From contig OX597827.1 of assembly GCA_951406725.2 (NCBI GenBank), forward strand, positions 74,834,001 to 74,898,000: DNA of 64,000 bases, written 5' to 3'. The position numbers were made by a program, and so were the translations under genes. The notes beneath the pieces are model-generated. The model saw nothing but the letters and a program-made list of their open reading frames with translations. It was not told the DNA's origin and made no database searches. The stretch comes from Octopus vulgaris. Taxonomy: Eukaryota. Of this stretch, positions 38,600 through 51,299 are shown piece by piece; position 1 is the stretch's first letter; each line of letters starts with the position of its first letter.

Positions 38600-39550
38600 G
38601 CCTTTCTTGTGTTCATCCGAAAACAAATTTTTGAACACATTCAGCTCTATGTTTTGTAGATACCTGGGGTGTTTTGTCAAGGTGTTGTAAAACTCTGGAC
38701 TCATCTATTACAGTACTTTTTTCTTACTCTAGACTGAAATAATCAGCCCTTTGCTACCATGTAGTGGCGTCCAGTTTGGGGATTGTTATCTCTTTCAGTC
38801 CTATATTTAGGCGATAGACCCTCCAGGATTTTTCGTATATATCCTTCACATCTTCTCTCTAGGGAGTATGAGCTGTTCTTTTAGCTTCTTCCAGTAGCTC
38901 ATCTGTTTCACTGAGACAATCCTCGTGGTGTAACACTGTTGGATTGCCTCAAGCTCTGCTGTTAGTTTGGTGCAATTGGCATCTACAGTAGGGAGCGGTA
39001 GACTAGTCCAAACGACTGAGAATAAGGCCAACATGATTTCCCTTCTACTCGTTTTAAATTATCTTAGAATTCAACTAAAGTAACCTGCACATCGTCATCG
39101 TCTTAGAAATATTCTCATGGAACGATGTCTCATTACTCAGGGGGATTCCCAGATCACCACTGTGACTCCGTGATTACAATAGCTCCCCATCCCGGGATCT
39201 GCTTTATTGAAGTCATTTGCAAAGTCATATGTGACATCCTTGCTTAAATAAATTCAGTCATAAAGTTATAGTAGTTGTGTGGAACAGTTCTTTCTCGGAC
39301 GGGAGCTGTGCTTTGTGTGAGTAAGCAAACGATTTTCTTCTAGGCATGTGATCAGCTCCCCTCTGACAATGCGTTCTATGAGATCAGAAAGACAGGCATC
39401 TGCTCTGCTTCCTCCTTTATGGATTGTGTAGATTATATTCTATTTTAACACTTGGGGAATCTTGCCACATGAAAGGAATCCCTGGGAAGAGCTTCTTAAC
39501 TTGTGTTTAACTGAATTTCTGGAAATATATCAGAGCCTGTTGTTGAGTTC
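38600..39550 (-). mobile_element. Decayed CR1/L2-like LINE fragment
   Basis: ELEAIQQCYTTRI..MSYWKKLKE is typical of the CR1 C-terminal region. Confidence 0.55.
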
Positions 39551-39569
39551 AATAGTCATATTATTTTTA

Positions 39570-40378
39570 TTGGAAGCTGGAACTTTTTGAAATGTTATTT
39601 TGAGTTTCATGTTGCCAATTATTGAAATTTATCAAGAAATAATGCAAAAATGCATTAGCAAAATATTCATATCGAAATATGTCTAGTTATTGAGAAGGTA
39701 ACTAAAAAGGTAAGAAAATGTGCCACACATTTATCTATTTGATTAAAATACGCGAAGCATTAGATATTCATCTGTGGACATATACAAATACATGACACTT
39801 TCATGTCATGAGAATCATATGTATAAAACACACAGAAGCAAGCATTGTAGCTATTGTTAAAGTAGTTTTAGTGTTTCAATATATGGCCACATTTCAGGTT
39901 ATGAGAAATCCATCACGGAAGAAATAATGTAATGTTTCCCAGTTGGTATTTGGAAAATTCTTCAATAAATATCGATAGATATGTCTGCAAAATTCAACAA
40001 TTCCAATTTTTCAAAATTGCAACTGGTTTATAACATGGTGTTATACGTCTATGCATGACAATGGGCATATTCTGTACAATAATAGCTCTAATAGGTGTCA
40101 TTTGAAATCGGTGACTTTTTGCAAAATTTTCTATTGATATTCACAGAGGAATTACTAAATACCTGAGGAAAATATTGCGTTTGAATATATGATGTTCTGC
40201 ATATAATTGAATAAATGAATATCTGACACATTTTCTAACCTTTTTTCAGTGACAATTCAATTTTGATTTCACGAATATTTTCGAATATATATTGTTACAA
40301 TGTGTCTATTCTTCATTCCTTTAAAGAATTGGCAATTGTAAAATCATTGTAACGATTGAAGAAGTTTCAGCTTCTAAT
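39570..40378. mobile_element. Old MITE/foldback-like element with long degenerate inverted arms
   Basis: ttggaagctggaactttttgaa..ttgccaatt (39570) is complementary to aattggcaa..ttgaagaagtttcagcttctaa (about 40330-40378). Inner arms at about 39700 and 40230 are also complementary. Confidence 0.5.
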
Positions 40379-40759
40379 AGATTATGCAAACGCAGCCTTA
40401 AATATTCTGTACTTTGTCTTTATAAATACAAGCGTTCGTGAATCCTTAGTTTATGAGAGTGTGCATATGTGTGTATGCGCTGATATGTTTTTGCATGTGT
40501 TGTGTTGTGTGTGTGTGTGTGTGTGCGTCTGTGTATGCATGCGTGTGTGCACGTGCATTCCAAGTTCCTTGTTGTTGGACTTAGGGTAATTGGGAAAAAT
40601 ATTTATGAAATTTAATCTATCCAGCATTCAGGGGAAATATTTGGACACCAATCTTACTTAGTAAGTACAAAAAGTATTGACACAGAATAAAACAAACAAA
40701 ATTATACATATTGATGGTGGTGGGCATGAGAAGATATGTGTATATATAAAATATACGCA

Positions 40760-41770
40760 CGGATGCGACCCGTTGGTACGGAACTCTTCTCTACTTCGGT
40801 CTTCGAAAGTTTTGTTCAAATAATTGCTACTACCACCGAGATCTGCACCTGCGATCGGTTTCATCCAGGATCGTGCTCATAGCACCGTCCTACTAGACCG
40901 AGCATCAGAAAGTCGCCTCACCGGTGATCGCGCAACCTGTCGCCCAGCAGGTCCGATATCGGTTGCTTGCTCGAGCCATATATTTTCGAAGCCAGTCGAT
41001 TCGGCAGGAAATTGTTACACACTCCTGAGCGGATTCTGACAACCATGGCCATCATCCTGCCGTCTATCTCGACCGACATCCTTTCGGGGATCTAGAGTGC
41101 GAGGTGTAAGACACCTTAGCCGGACGTTCGGTTCATCCCACATCACCAGTTCTGCTTACTAAAAGTAGCCCACTTACCACCATGCGTTCGTGACGCATTA
41201 CAATGGCTGCAATAATTTACGGCCACCTCCACGCAAGAGAAGCGGACCTTTTCGTCCGTTCGAGAGAGGATTGAGGCCCTCAACATCACTGGGTCCGCCA
41301 GCTTTACCGGACAGAGTTACAAATCGTTCTCGTGATTTCGCCAGCTGTGCTGAGGGAAACTTCAGAGAGAACCAGCTACAAGACAGCTCGATTCATGTTT
41401 TCATTCCTACATCATATTACAACGATTGATTTGCACGTCAGAGGCACTTCGAACTTACACCAGAGTTTCCTCTAGCTTCGTCCTGACCGAGCGTGGATCG
41501 CTATCTTTCGGCTCCCCAGCAACCTGCTACACTTGAGTTAGAGCGGGAATGTGCGGCCCTTGGGGGTAGACGTGAACTCGCGGACTAGACCAGGAAACGA
41601 TACTTAGAAACGTTGTGCAACACACCGTTCCCAGGAGGAGCAACACAAGTACGATTACGTATCGCATTCTAGCTTCCCCTGTGCCGCCAGAGTTCACGAA
41701 GTCAAAGGCTGCAACGACTCGCAGTTGACTGGGACTCCTAGGTCCATGTTTCAAGACCGGTCAGGCAGAT
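40760..41770 (-). pseudogene. Decayed 28S (LSU) rRNA fragment, about 1 kb
   Basis: Colinear degenerate matches to the reverse complement of conserved LSU segments: tgctactaccaccgagatctgcacc, gattcggcagg..ttgttacacactcct.agcggattc, ttcggttcatccc..ccagttctgcttac, tgagggaaacttc..gaaccagctac, ccagagtttcctct.gcttcg, gactcct.ggtcc.tgtttcaagac.gg. There are many substitutions in invariant positions. Confidence 0.92.
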
Positions 41771-42079
41771 TGCCAATGCTTGTCGCTAATCAGCAGCAGC
41801 GGGAAGCTTATATAAGTTCATGCAGAAATGTGAATAAGTGAACACCAGAGTGTGTAAAAATCTACAACGCAAGCAAAATAACTTAAGGTCGAACCCAGAA
41901 CTACAAGTTTGCAAATGGAAATTCTTAACTTCACGAAATCGAACTGCACTTCGATATATTTGATTATCACATCAAAAATATCAAGGGGCAGTTCATTCGG
42001 CTAATATGAAAGATTCATTCAGCTTATATAAGATATTTATATGAGAGATTCATAAACTTAAAATAAATCGACCACTTAC

Positions 42080-42155
42080 CAGCAGTAGACACACACAGCT
42101 ATTAAAACTAGACACACTAGTATTCCGGTTCCAATAAGTTCGAATATATACGTTG
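42080..42155 (-). CDS. Transmembrane exon (76 nt): (P)TYIFELIGTGILVCLVLIAVCVYC(C)
   Basis: ttatactttttacag|CA ACG TAT...TAC TGC TG|gtaagt. About 22 hydrophobic residues, followed in the next exon by basic SKKRK (positive-inside rule). Phase 1 to phase 2. Confidence 0.88.
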
Positions 42156-42349
42156 CTGTAAAAAGTATAAAATCATTGACTGAGCTGAGCCTTTTCATTG
42201 AAAAAAGAGTGATGAATTATTAAAATGTTAACAGAATATTACGTTCACTGTCTCATTCACTTTAAACTATTCATATCTCATTCTCTTTATCGCTCGTCGC
42301 TTTCTTATGTGTGTAGATATATATGTGTATCATAATTATTTATATGTGT

Positions 42350-44110
42350 ATCATCATCATCATCATCATCATTATTATTATCATCATTATTATTTACTTT
42401 TAATCTACTTGTTTGTTACAATCACTTGACGAGACACACCTAGCGTCTAGGGGCGAGTGAAGGATAGATGTTACAATATAACTGAAAGCTTGGGGAGGGA
42501 AAGTGGCAGGGGCAGTAGCGAAATATATTCATGTAATACAGCACACACATTTAAATTAATAATGTTTTTCTAAGGATGTGGGCAGTACTTGTCAGTACAA
42601 TCTTTTGGATTTCTCTGAGACATGGTTCTCCTGGGATATTATCTAGATGTTTCTGACATCCCTTTCTTATCATAGCTAGGGCACCTACAATAACACGTCT
42701 TTTGTATTTCAATTTCCAGGTCCTTATATTTACTTAGTTTGTGAAATTCCTTGACAGATATATTTTTATCAGTGGGAACACTGACACCTATAAGTCTACA
42801 AGTATTTTCTTTCCTGTCTTTAATAATTATCAAAGTCGATTTGCCTTGATCGTTCTGTCAGTGTTGACTGGAAAATCCCGGAGGATAGTGACATTTTTAC
42901 CTTCAAGAATTGGATCAGCATGATATTCATAACAGTAAGCAAGGGTGTTGATTTTGTAGTGTTTACATATTTTCCAATATAAATACTGCCCTATCCTATC
43001 GTAGCAATTTTTGTATTCGTTTGTTGTCAGCACAGAACATCCCGTAACAAGATGGTCAATAGTTTCGTCAAATGCACCGCAGAATCTGCATTTAGGGTCA
43101 GAACCGTTTTGAAGGACATTAGGCTTGTAGTCTTTAGTAAGTAAGCTTTGGTCTTGTGCCGCTAATATGAAACCTTCAGTCTCTGGTTTCAGTCCTGCAC
43201 TTCTCAGCCACTGATGGGTCGTTGCTTAATCTACATCAACATTATTAAAAGTAAATAATAATAATGATGATAATAATAATGTTTCGACTTCGAAGTATAT
43301 ACTGCCCATTATTATTATTATTATTCTGGCTCCACCGCTCTTCAATTTCTGCCAGTTCTTTTTTTACCCGTTTCACTTGTTTTGTGACAATGGTTTCAGG
43401 TTCTTCATCTAATCCAGGGTTAATACCGAGTTCCCTTGCGAATTTGCAGGCTTCCTTGACAATAGAATGTGATTTTTTTCTGCTTTCGTGTTTGCACACA
43501 AGCTGCAGCATCCAGTCCTGTGTACTAGATACATACCTGTTCAAAACTGTTGTGGAGGTCTTATAGTAGTTCTACCTGCATCACTCCTCTTCCACCATTA
43601 CTTCTAGGTTGGTTCAGACGATCAACGTCTGCTTTTGGGTAGTGCATGTTCTTAGATGTTAGTAGTCTGCTTGACTTCCTGTTCAAGCGTTGGAGCTCTA
43701 ACTTTCCAGTTAATGATGTTAAAGCTGTATTGGACTACTGAAAGTGCCAGGGTGTTAATGGCTTTGATGCGATGTTTGGAGTTGAGTTCAGTTTTTAGTA
43801 TGAGCCTTACTCTCCTGTAATACTCCTTTCTTATTTTTTCCTTCATAATAGCATGTTCTATACCATCTCGTTCGTTTATTCTCAGGTATTTATAGCTTCC
43901 TTGTAGGGTAAAGCTCCTTGATGGTAGTATCGGTATCTAATGTAGTGAAGGCTGTTTGTTTGAGCTTGCCTCTTACAAAAGTTGCTTATCAAGGCTAAAA
44001 TCCATCTGAATGTCATTTCTGAACTCTTTAACAGTTGTTAACAGCCCTACTAGCTCTTCGTCATTTCTAGCAAACAGCTTTAGATCGTCCATATAATATT
44101 ATATACTTTG
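42350..44110 (-). mobile_element. R4/Dong-like (RLE) LINE fragment, second subfamily
   Basis: MKEKIRKEYYRRVRLILKTELN, DRIGQYLYWKICKHY, DRTIKANR and KLSKYKDLEIEI; (TAA/TGA)n tail. Confidence 0.88.
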
Positions 44111-45719
44111 AACCCATACCTGATGTTTCTCAGTTCGTTTGAGGGTGGGATCAGTGCATTTATGAGCGTGTGTGCGGAAGTGTATACATTCTTGCATTTG
44201 TGTATAAACGTATGAGTGCGTGCAGGTTTGTCTGGATGAACATATGTGCGTACGAGTGTTTCGTCTGGTGTGGGCATGTGTGTGTGTTTACATATATATA
44301 AGTGTGGGCGCTTGTGTGTATAAGTATGTACATTCTTACATTTGTGTCATTTGAGTGTGTGCGTATATTCTTGTCTGGAAGAAAATGTATGCGTGCATGC
44401 TTGTCTGGAAGAAAATACATATGCATGCGTGTGTTTTTGTCTTGTGTGTGCATGTGCATGTGTATGTGTGTGTGTGAGTGTGACAAATGTATGATAGTTT
44501 TATATCCTTCTATTCCTTGGATGCACATATTTCATGAAGTGGGGATAGACATAACTGTCCTCACACGACTTACTTCAAATTACTCCAATAAATACAAATT
44601 CTCATCAATCTCAATGACTTCCACGAACTCTCAGTGACTCCTACGACTTCTCTGTCGTCTGGACTAATACGCTACTTTTTCTAAGAGTTCGACTAATCCA
44701 TTCTTCCAATCCCATAGGGCTGTCAGTGACTCTCGCCACAACATCTCCCCTTTTGAGATTGACTTCCGTTGGAAGTTAATGTTATTTTTTTTCTTCTTCT
44801 TTCACCACACCTCCCTTTTTGAGATTTTCTTCTTGGGGAAATTTAATATTTCTTCTGTTTAGGCTCTATTTCCAACCGTTCTGTTTGTTTCCTCTTTTTT
44901 GTGCTGTTACGCCTCGGTTCGACTTCTTGTGGCGTTGGCACTTCCATAGGTATCTCTTTTCTTTTGTCTGTATATCTATTTTTAGCTGGTTTAAATGTCT
45001 TGCGCTCCCATTTTTCGCCTCTTTTCATATACATCATTTTGTCTATTTCTTTTGTTACTACTTCGTCCACCAAACCTTCTCTTCCATTTTTATACTTTTA
45101 AGTACGAAAAGCAAAGCGAAAGTTTTTTTGTTAAATAATGCAACAAACTTGTTCGGTACTGACTGGATGGAATTGTTTCATTTATGGGACCTCCCTATAA
45201 ATCTTATCTGTAAAAATATAAATGTTTTTTTCTTCCAGTAAAAACAAGTCATCAGGCGAACTGAAACAAAAAATAACAAAAATATTTTTCCTACAACTTC
45301 CACAAACTCTCAACAACTCCTACGACTTCTCTGTCGTCTCAACCAATACGCTCTTTTTTCTAAGAGTTCGGCTAGTCCATTCTTCCAATCTCACAGGGTT
45401 GTCAATGACTCTCGCCACAACAGATAGTATAGCTGTAAGAGCATTGCTGACGGGGGCAGGGAACAGGCATTGGACTGAGGTTGATGGTGTCTCTTGGGGA
45501 GGAAGGAGAGAGGTACACGTAGATCTGTGTATGCGTGGATAGGCATGTGTGTACAGACTTGTGTATGGGGATTGCATGCCTACACCACCTGAATGGAGGT
45601 GAATGTAGAGTGTTGCAGGGGATGAATGTCAGTCTACTGCCTGCATAGATATTGGTGATTAGGAACCCTGTTCTTGGTTATGGAGAAGCCAGTGTTGAGG
45701 GGTAGCCAATGTTAAGGTG

Positions 45720-46900
45720 GTATGTCTTTTACTTTTGATTATTTTGTGTATTTCGAATGCTTGCTTCATTTGAAATACAGAAAATAATCAAAAGTAAAAG
45801 CCAATCAAAGTCCCTCAAAAAATTCCTAACAATTGTTAAATTAACTTTCACAATTCCTACGCCAACAATCAAAAAGTGCGGCCGCCCCAATTGCGGGACC
45901 TTCATCAAATTTATTGAAGACACGACACACAAATTCAAATCAGGACAGACTTTTACCGAAAAAAATCACTTTACATGTTCTTCAGGCAATTTAATATACA
46001 CTATCAAATGTCGAGGATGTAATGAAGATTTCATAGGTCAAACAAAACTTACTCTAAAAATAGACTGACCATTCACTGACAACAGCTACGAGACCCTAGT
46101 AGTAGACAGATTCCACTGAGTGGTCACATAGACCAATGTTCAAAAAGTAACTCACTGAAATTCCAGGTCTTCTCACTCTACCTATGTTCAGCGAATATTA
46201 CAGATGAAGCACAGATAAACAAAGAAAATACTTTCATACAAAAGTAAAAACCAAGACTAAACAAAGTTTAACAGAGTACATACACAAATAACTATTCACA
46301 CACAAAATTCATTCTGCCACATATCATGATGAAGCTACACAGCTATCAACCTAAATTGTTGCCCCTGGACTACATACAAACGACTCCTGTCTACTCTCCC
46401 GCCAGACAGAGTAAATTTGGAGTGCCTTGATTATAACTAAACATGTTCACTCAACCGTGTCAGCCATCTATTTAGAACAAATGCACGAACATAGCAGGAG
46501 ACGTACAAACGGTTATAAACTTAATCATGTGTTCATTCTCTACAAACACTTGACAAAAAACATTCAGAGCTTTGATTGTTTGAACTTATTCAGTTAAACG
46601 TGTCAGCCTTAACTTACGACACCAAACATTGACACTTGATACTAGCAAAGTCATGTGACTATCCTGTACCTATCAAATCCTGTTCAAGACGTATACTAGT
46701 TTGAGCCATGAACTCCCTATAAAAATAGGAAAGCTTCAAACACTAGTCAGAAGCAAGACAGCTGCGACATAAGCCACGTCTTTCTATTTGAGCTTTTTGT
46801 AAATCATTGTAAACTGTGAAACCGGTTAAAGCTTTAAATATATCAATAAAAAATATTTCAACTATTCTTGGTGCATTTTCAACTTCTATTTTTCCTATAT
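45720..46900 (+). mobile_element. Penelope-like element 3' portion (GIY-YIG endonuclease and terminal repeat region)
   Basis: CGRPNCGT...FTCSSGNLIYTIKCRGCNEDFIGQTKLTL is the PLE GIY-YIG signature, ending KPRLN. A hammerhead relic lies at 46791-46833. Confidence 0.85.
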
Positions 46901-46981
46901 TTCTACCTGTGTAGGATAAAATGATTTATAATATATGTGTATGTATGTATCTATCTATGTATGTATATATGATTTATAATA

Positions 46982-47027
<46 letters not shown>

Positions 47028-47090
47028 ATAGATATATCATCACCATCATCAGCACTATCATAATGCTTACATTAATAAGAAAATACTTAC

Positions 47091-47225
47091 GAGTCTGACA
47101 ATCAGCTCCTGTGTAGGTGATTTCGCATCCATTTGAACAGTTACCATTCATTATGTAACAAGTAGCATTATCACGACAGTTGCAAACTCCTGTACAATCA
47201 TAACCATAAGTCCCGGGTGCACATG
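47091..47225 (-). CDS. EGF/laminin-EGF-like exon (135 nt): (P)CAPGTYGYDCTGVCNCRDNATCYIMNGNCSNGCEITYTGADCQT
   Basis: ataatttcag|CA TGT...ACT C|gtaagt. Symmetrical phase-1 exon with an 8-Cys MEGF/SCARF-type pattern (CxxGxYGxxC...CxC...C...GxC...C...YxGxxC). Confidence 0.93.
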
Positions 47226-48147
47226 CTGAAATTATAAATAAAGCATTTTATGATAGCAGATACATTCCATAGTGAAATAATTTCAGTGGGGACATACATT
47301 ATACAGAGAAGATCATTAAGTTTGAAGAGAATAATACAGGGACCAAACTGCCATAGGGTCATATATATTAGGATGGTTACACAATCACGAAACTCTGGGT
47401 TCGATCCCCACAGCCCAGCATCGTAACATAATCCTCACAGAGTCATCGTGGTACTGTGTGACAAAGCTGAACCTTTGAATTAAATGTTTTAGCCATCCAC
47501 TATCTATTCTAGTGTATACATGCTATCTTTAAGGTAGCATGTTTTACATTGGTTTGATATCATTGTATCATATACTTTTATAGTGTATATGTGCAAATAT
47601 ACATATAGTATGCATGTGGGGAGAATGCTGGCAAGGCATGCAATATGAAATGAAACAGCTCGAACATGAATAAGGGAAAACATAGAGCTATAACATAAAA
47701 TGCAATCATATTGAAAGAACGTGCATTTATAAAGTAATGAAAAATGACTGAGTACCTGAGTACAGCCGATACACTTGTGTGTGTGTGTGTGTTTTGTATT
47801 TAGGAGTAATGTGTGTGTGTCAATTAGTGTGTTGAAGTACTCAATAGAGCACTGGCACAGTTTGTGCTACCTGGTATCATCCGTAGTCGGGGTATATTTC
47901 CGTTGGATCTACTTCAGAAACTCTGCAGTGTTGTTGAGATAATAACATTTTCTTAAGTAACGAGAAAATGGGTTTGGTGTTAATGTTTATTTTGTACAAT
48001 GGTTGTTTCAACCCACCCTACTCTTGTCCCTTATGGGTGGGACTCCGATCAATATGTTGTGTTGCATCAATTTTGCAGTCAGGGTCTCTTCAGGTACATC
48101 TATACATAAAGTTGTGTCTGACTAAAGATCCTGAGTTTTGGCTGTCA

Positions 48148-49861
48148 TCTTATACATATATAAAAGCAAGTTTTCTGTTTGTTTGTCTGTTTGTGTCAAG
48201 TTGCCGTCTACACCCATTAGCGAATTTTCGTGAAACTTTGCAAACATGCTAAAGTAGCATCCAGTTTGTTACTAGACTCATTGAAGTTTAATTTCAAAAA
48301 ATCTATAATAGGATAGCTAGTGCCCCTAGAAGGGATCAGCAATACTCGCCAAGGGAAATAATCCATTCATTTTCCTATATATAATAAATGAAAACATATA
48401 TAATAAATACTTCTCGATTTATTAAACAAACATTCTACATTACGAGGACTTTCTTACTAGAAATCGTCAGTCAGTGATTTTATTTGGTATAAATCAAGTT
48501 GAGTATGCTTATTTCTTCGTATTTGAACAGTTAGAGATATTTTCGCAATTTGAACTGTTCTGCTTTTAGACAAATGCACAGTCATCACAAAGGTTTACAT
48601 ATAGGAACACCTTCTTAATTTATATTGTCAGATGTGTTAATGTTTTGTAACAATATACTCTATGTAACAATCTACCACACAAGCAGACAGAAATCTTTAT
48701 TTATCAATCAATAACATTGCAATCTGCACTGTATTCATACAGTTCACACACTGTTTGCATGTAGGAACATTTTCTTAATTCATATTGATAACTGTATTAT
48801 TTTTTTTCTTAACATGCACCCTTTGCTTTTCTTTAATGGCCAAGGAAAAATGACTCATTTAAAATCCCTTATCTTTCTTTTCCGCCCACTGGTCATTGCA
48901 GTGTCATAAAGGTCACACGCTGTTTGCATGTAGGAACACTTTCTTAAAAAAGATCAAATTTGAGTTCTCGATCAGTGCACGCCCAAAAACTGCGGCAAAA
49001 GCGTTCAACAATAGATCCACTTACTTCGGTTTGTGACTTATTCACAAATATACCGTGAATGACTGTGCCTTTCATGTCACTTCAGCCAATTGGCAGGCGC
49101 TGCATGAAGAACTGTTCCACTTTTAGACAAATGCACTGTCATCAAAAATGTCACACCTTGTTTACATATACACCTTAATTTATATTGATAGTTGTGTTAA
49201 TGTTTTGTAACGATGTACTCTATGTAATAACCAACCACACAAGCAGACGGAAATCGCCATTTATCTATCAATAACATTGCAATCTGCACTGTATTCATAC
49301 AATTCACACACTGTTTACATGTAGGAACATTTTCTTAATTCATATTGATAGTTGCATTGATGTTTTCGAAAGAGTTGTAAATGTATTGATAATCTACATG
49401 CTGTTTTATTTTTAAATCTATATGCAAATTTATTTGTATGTCTACTATAAAACTAAATTTCAGACTGTTTCTACATTCATTGTAAATCTGATTCAACACT
49501 AGCGCTCCTGGGGTCAATATTCTCTGGGAACGCACAAAAACCTTTTTCAGAGTTATTTACTTTGAACTGTTATCTGATATCTGGTTAGCCTGTTATTATG
49601 TAACATACTTCATGATTTTGGTATACATACCTTATTGGTATTTCTTCCAAAGTTCTATATACTCTTGTAAACGCATTAAAGCCCTTTTCGGGGCTACTTT
49701 ATTTGAATTCTTACAATCGTGTAACTAATTTGTGTTATTATGTAACTGACTTCATAATTTGGGTATTCATAACTTATTGGGATTTCCTAAAAACAACATC
49801 CTATGTAAGACAGTTCGGTATTTTCTGTAAATAGAAATAGATTAGGGGAGGAACTAGCTAG
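48148..49861 (+). mobile_element. Probable Helitron-like non-autonomous element with an internal ~240-bp duplication
   Basis: Starts tcttatacatatataaaagcaag (gttt)n and ends ctagctag|t. Segment 48550-48790 is repeated at about 49105-49350. Confidence 0.4.
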
Positions 49862-49899
49862 TAGACTAGAAGAAGCCATAAATAAAGGCATCACGACTG

Positions 49900-51220
49900 A
49901 CGGGTTAGCGGCGAAACACCTGCTCAGTGGTTAAATTAAACGGCTGTCTATCGTAATTATTTAGCATCACACGCTCGCTCCATCAGGGTTACCCGCTGTC
50001 ATCTCTTTTGAAGCCTCCGAAGCGGAGAAGGCCGGCTCCATTCTAAAGGAATATGAGTTGGTTGCAGGTGCCAAAATCAATGCCGACAAGTTGGTGGGCT
50101 GGAGAGGCAAGTCAATGCCGTCGAACACTGGACTGACGAACCAGTTAAACTGCTCCAGGTGGATAAAAACTGGGACGCGGTGTCGAAAAGTGTGGTCAGT
50201 CTTATCCAGAAATGGATGAAAGATAGACCAAGACTGGGTGCCCGGTACCTATAATGTTGTTAGGCGCACACTGCCCTCTACCGGTCGGGTAATAGGATTG
50301 GTGGATGTCCCACTATAGTTATATAGAGAGGATTAGTAGCGGTGAAGTGTGACGACATGCTTTCAGGTAGACTCTGAGCGTCAATGAAAATGAACGAAAA
50401 CGTCAACGAAAACGAACTTCCGGAGGACTTTTCGGTCAGGGACTACTATAGATAATTTCCAGATGTCTATGGCTTGGCAGTGCTACCAGGTGGCGCTACC
50501 GATTTGAGATAAACTCTACAGGCACGCATATGCTGTCAGACGGGCTTGTCCAGAGTGCGCATGGAGTGACGAAACCGTTCTGCATGCACTCGTACAGTGC
50601 CCTGTAATTGCTAACTTGTGGATTTATGTTGAACAGCAGCTGTTGCGTGTGGAATGGATCTATCTGTTGGTTGAGTCTATTGGGCAGGCAAGGCAGTTTT
50701 CCTTTGTCTGGTAGCTGTGGCAAAAGATGTTGTCTGGTTGATGAGGCTGAAAGGAATGTGGACAGAGACATTCCTCTTCTGTAAAGCCCATATAGACTTT
50801 TTCAAGTTTCACTTCAAAAAAGAGTGAAGAGGCAGGTGCTGTCCTCGAGTGAATTTATTGAACGGTGGGTAAAAGTTGTGAAAATGGCAAGAATGGTACT
50901 GCTCTAAATGTAGACCCATAAGTCAGAGGAAAGGGGTTGGAGAAGGCACTTGTTCTTCGCATTCAGGGAGATCTTGGATGGCGGAGTTCCACGGTTATCC
51001 CTAGAGGTCCTACTGTATCAGGGAGGAACCCATCACTATCACATTTTTTTTTCTTTCTTCTACTGTCGTATACTATGTGTACTTACCTTCTTTTAATGTA
51101 TAGCATAATACTTTTCTTTTTTATTTTAATCATTCCTTTATACGTAAATCCCCACATTTTAAGTCTGTCTATGTATTGTTCCCGCATCCTTTGCTCTGGT
51201 GTCAAATAAAATAAATCATT
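49900..51220 (+). mobile_element. L1/Tx1-like ORF2 3' fragment
   Basis: YELVAGAKINADK RT-region remnant; zf-RVT-like WQCY...DETVLHALVQC; A-rich end. Confidence 0.65.
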
Positions 51221-51299
51221 AGTAGTAATAGTAGTAGTAGTTGTAGTAGTAGTAGTAGTAGTAAGTATGATTTTTATGGCCGCCCTACTAGGGAGACAC

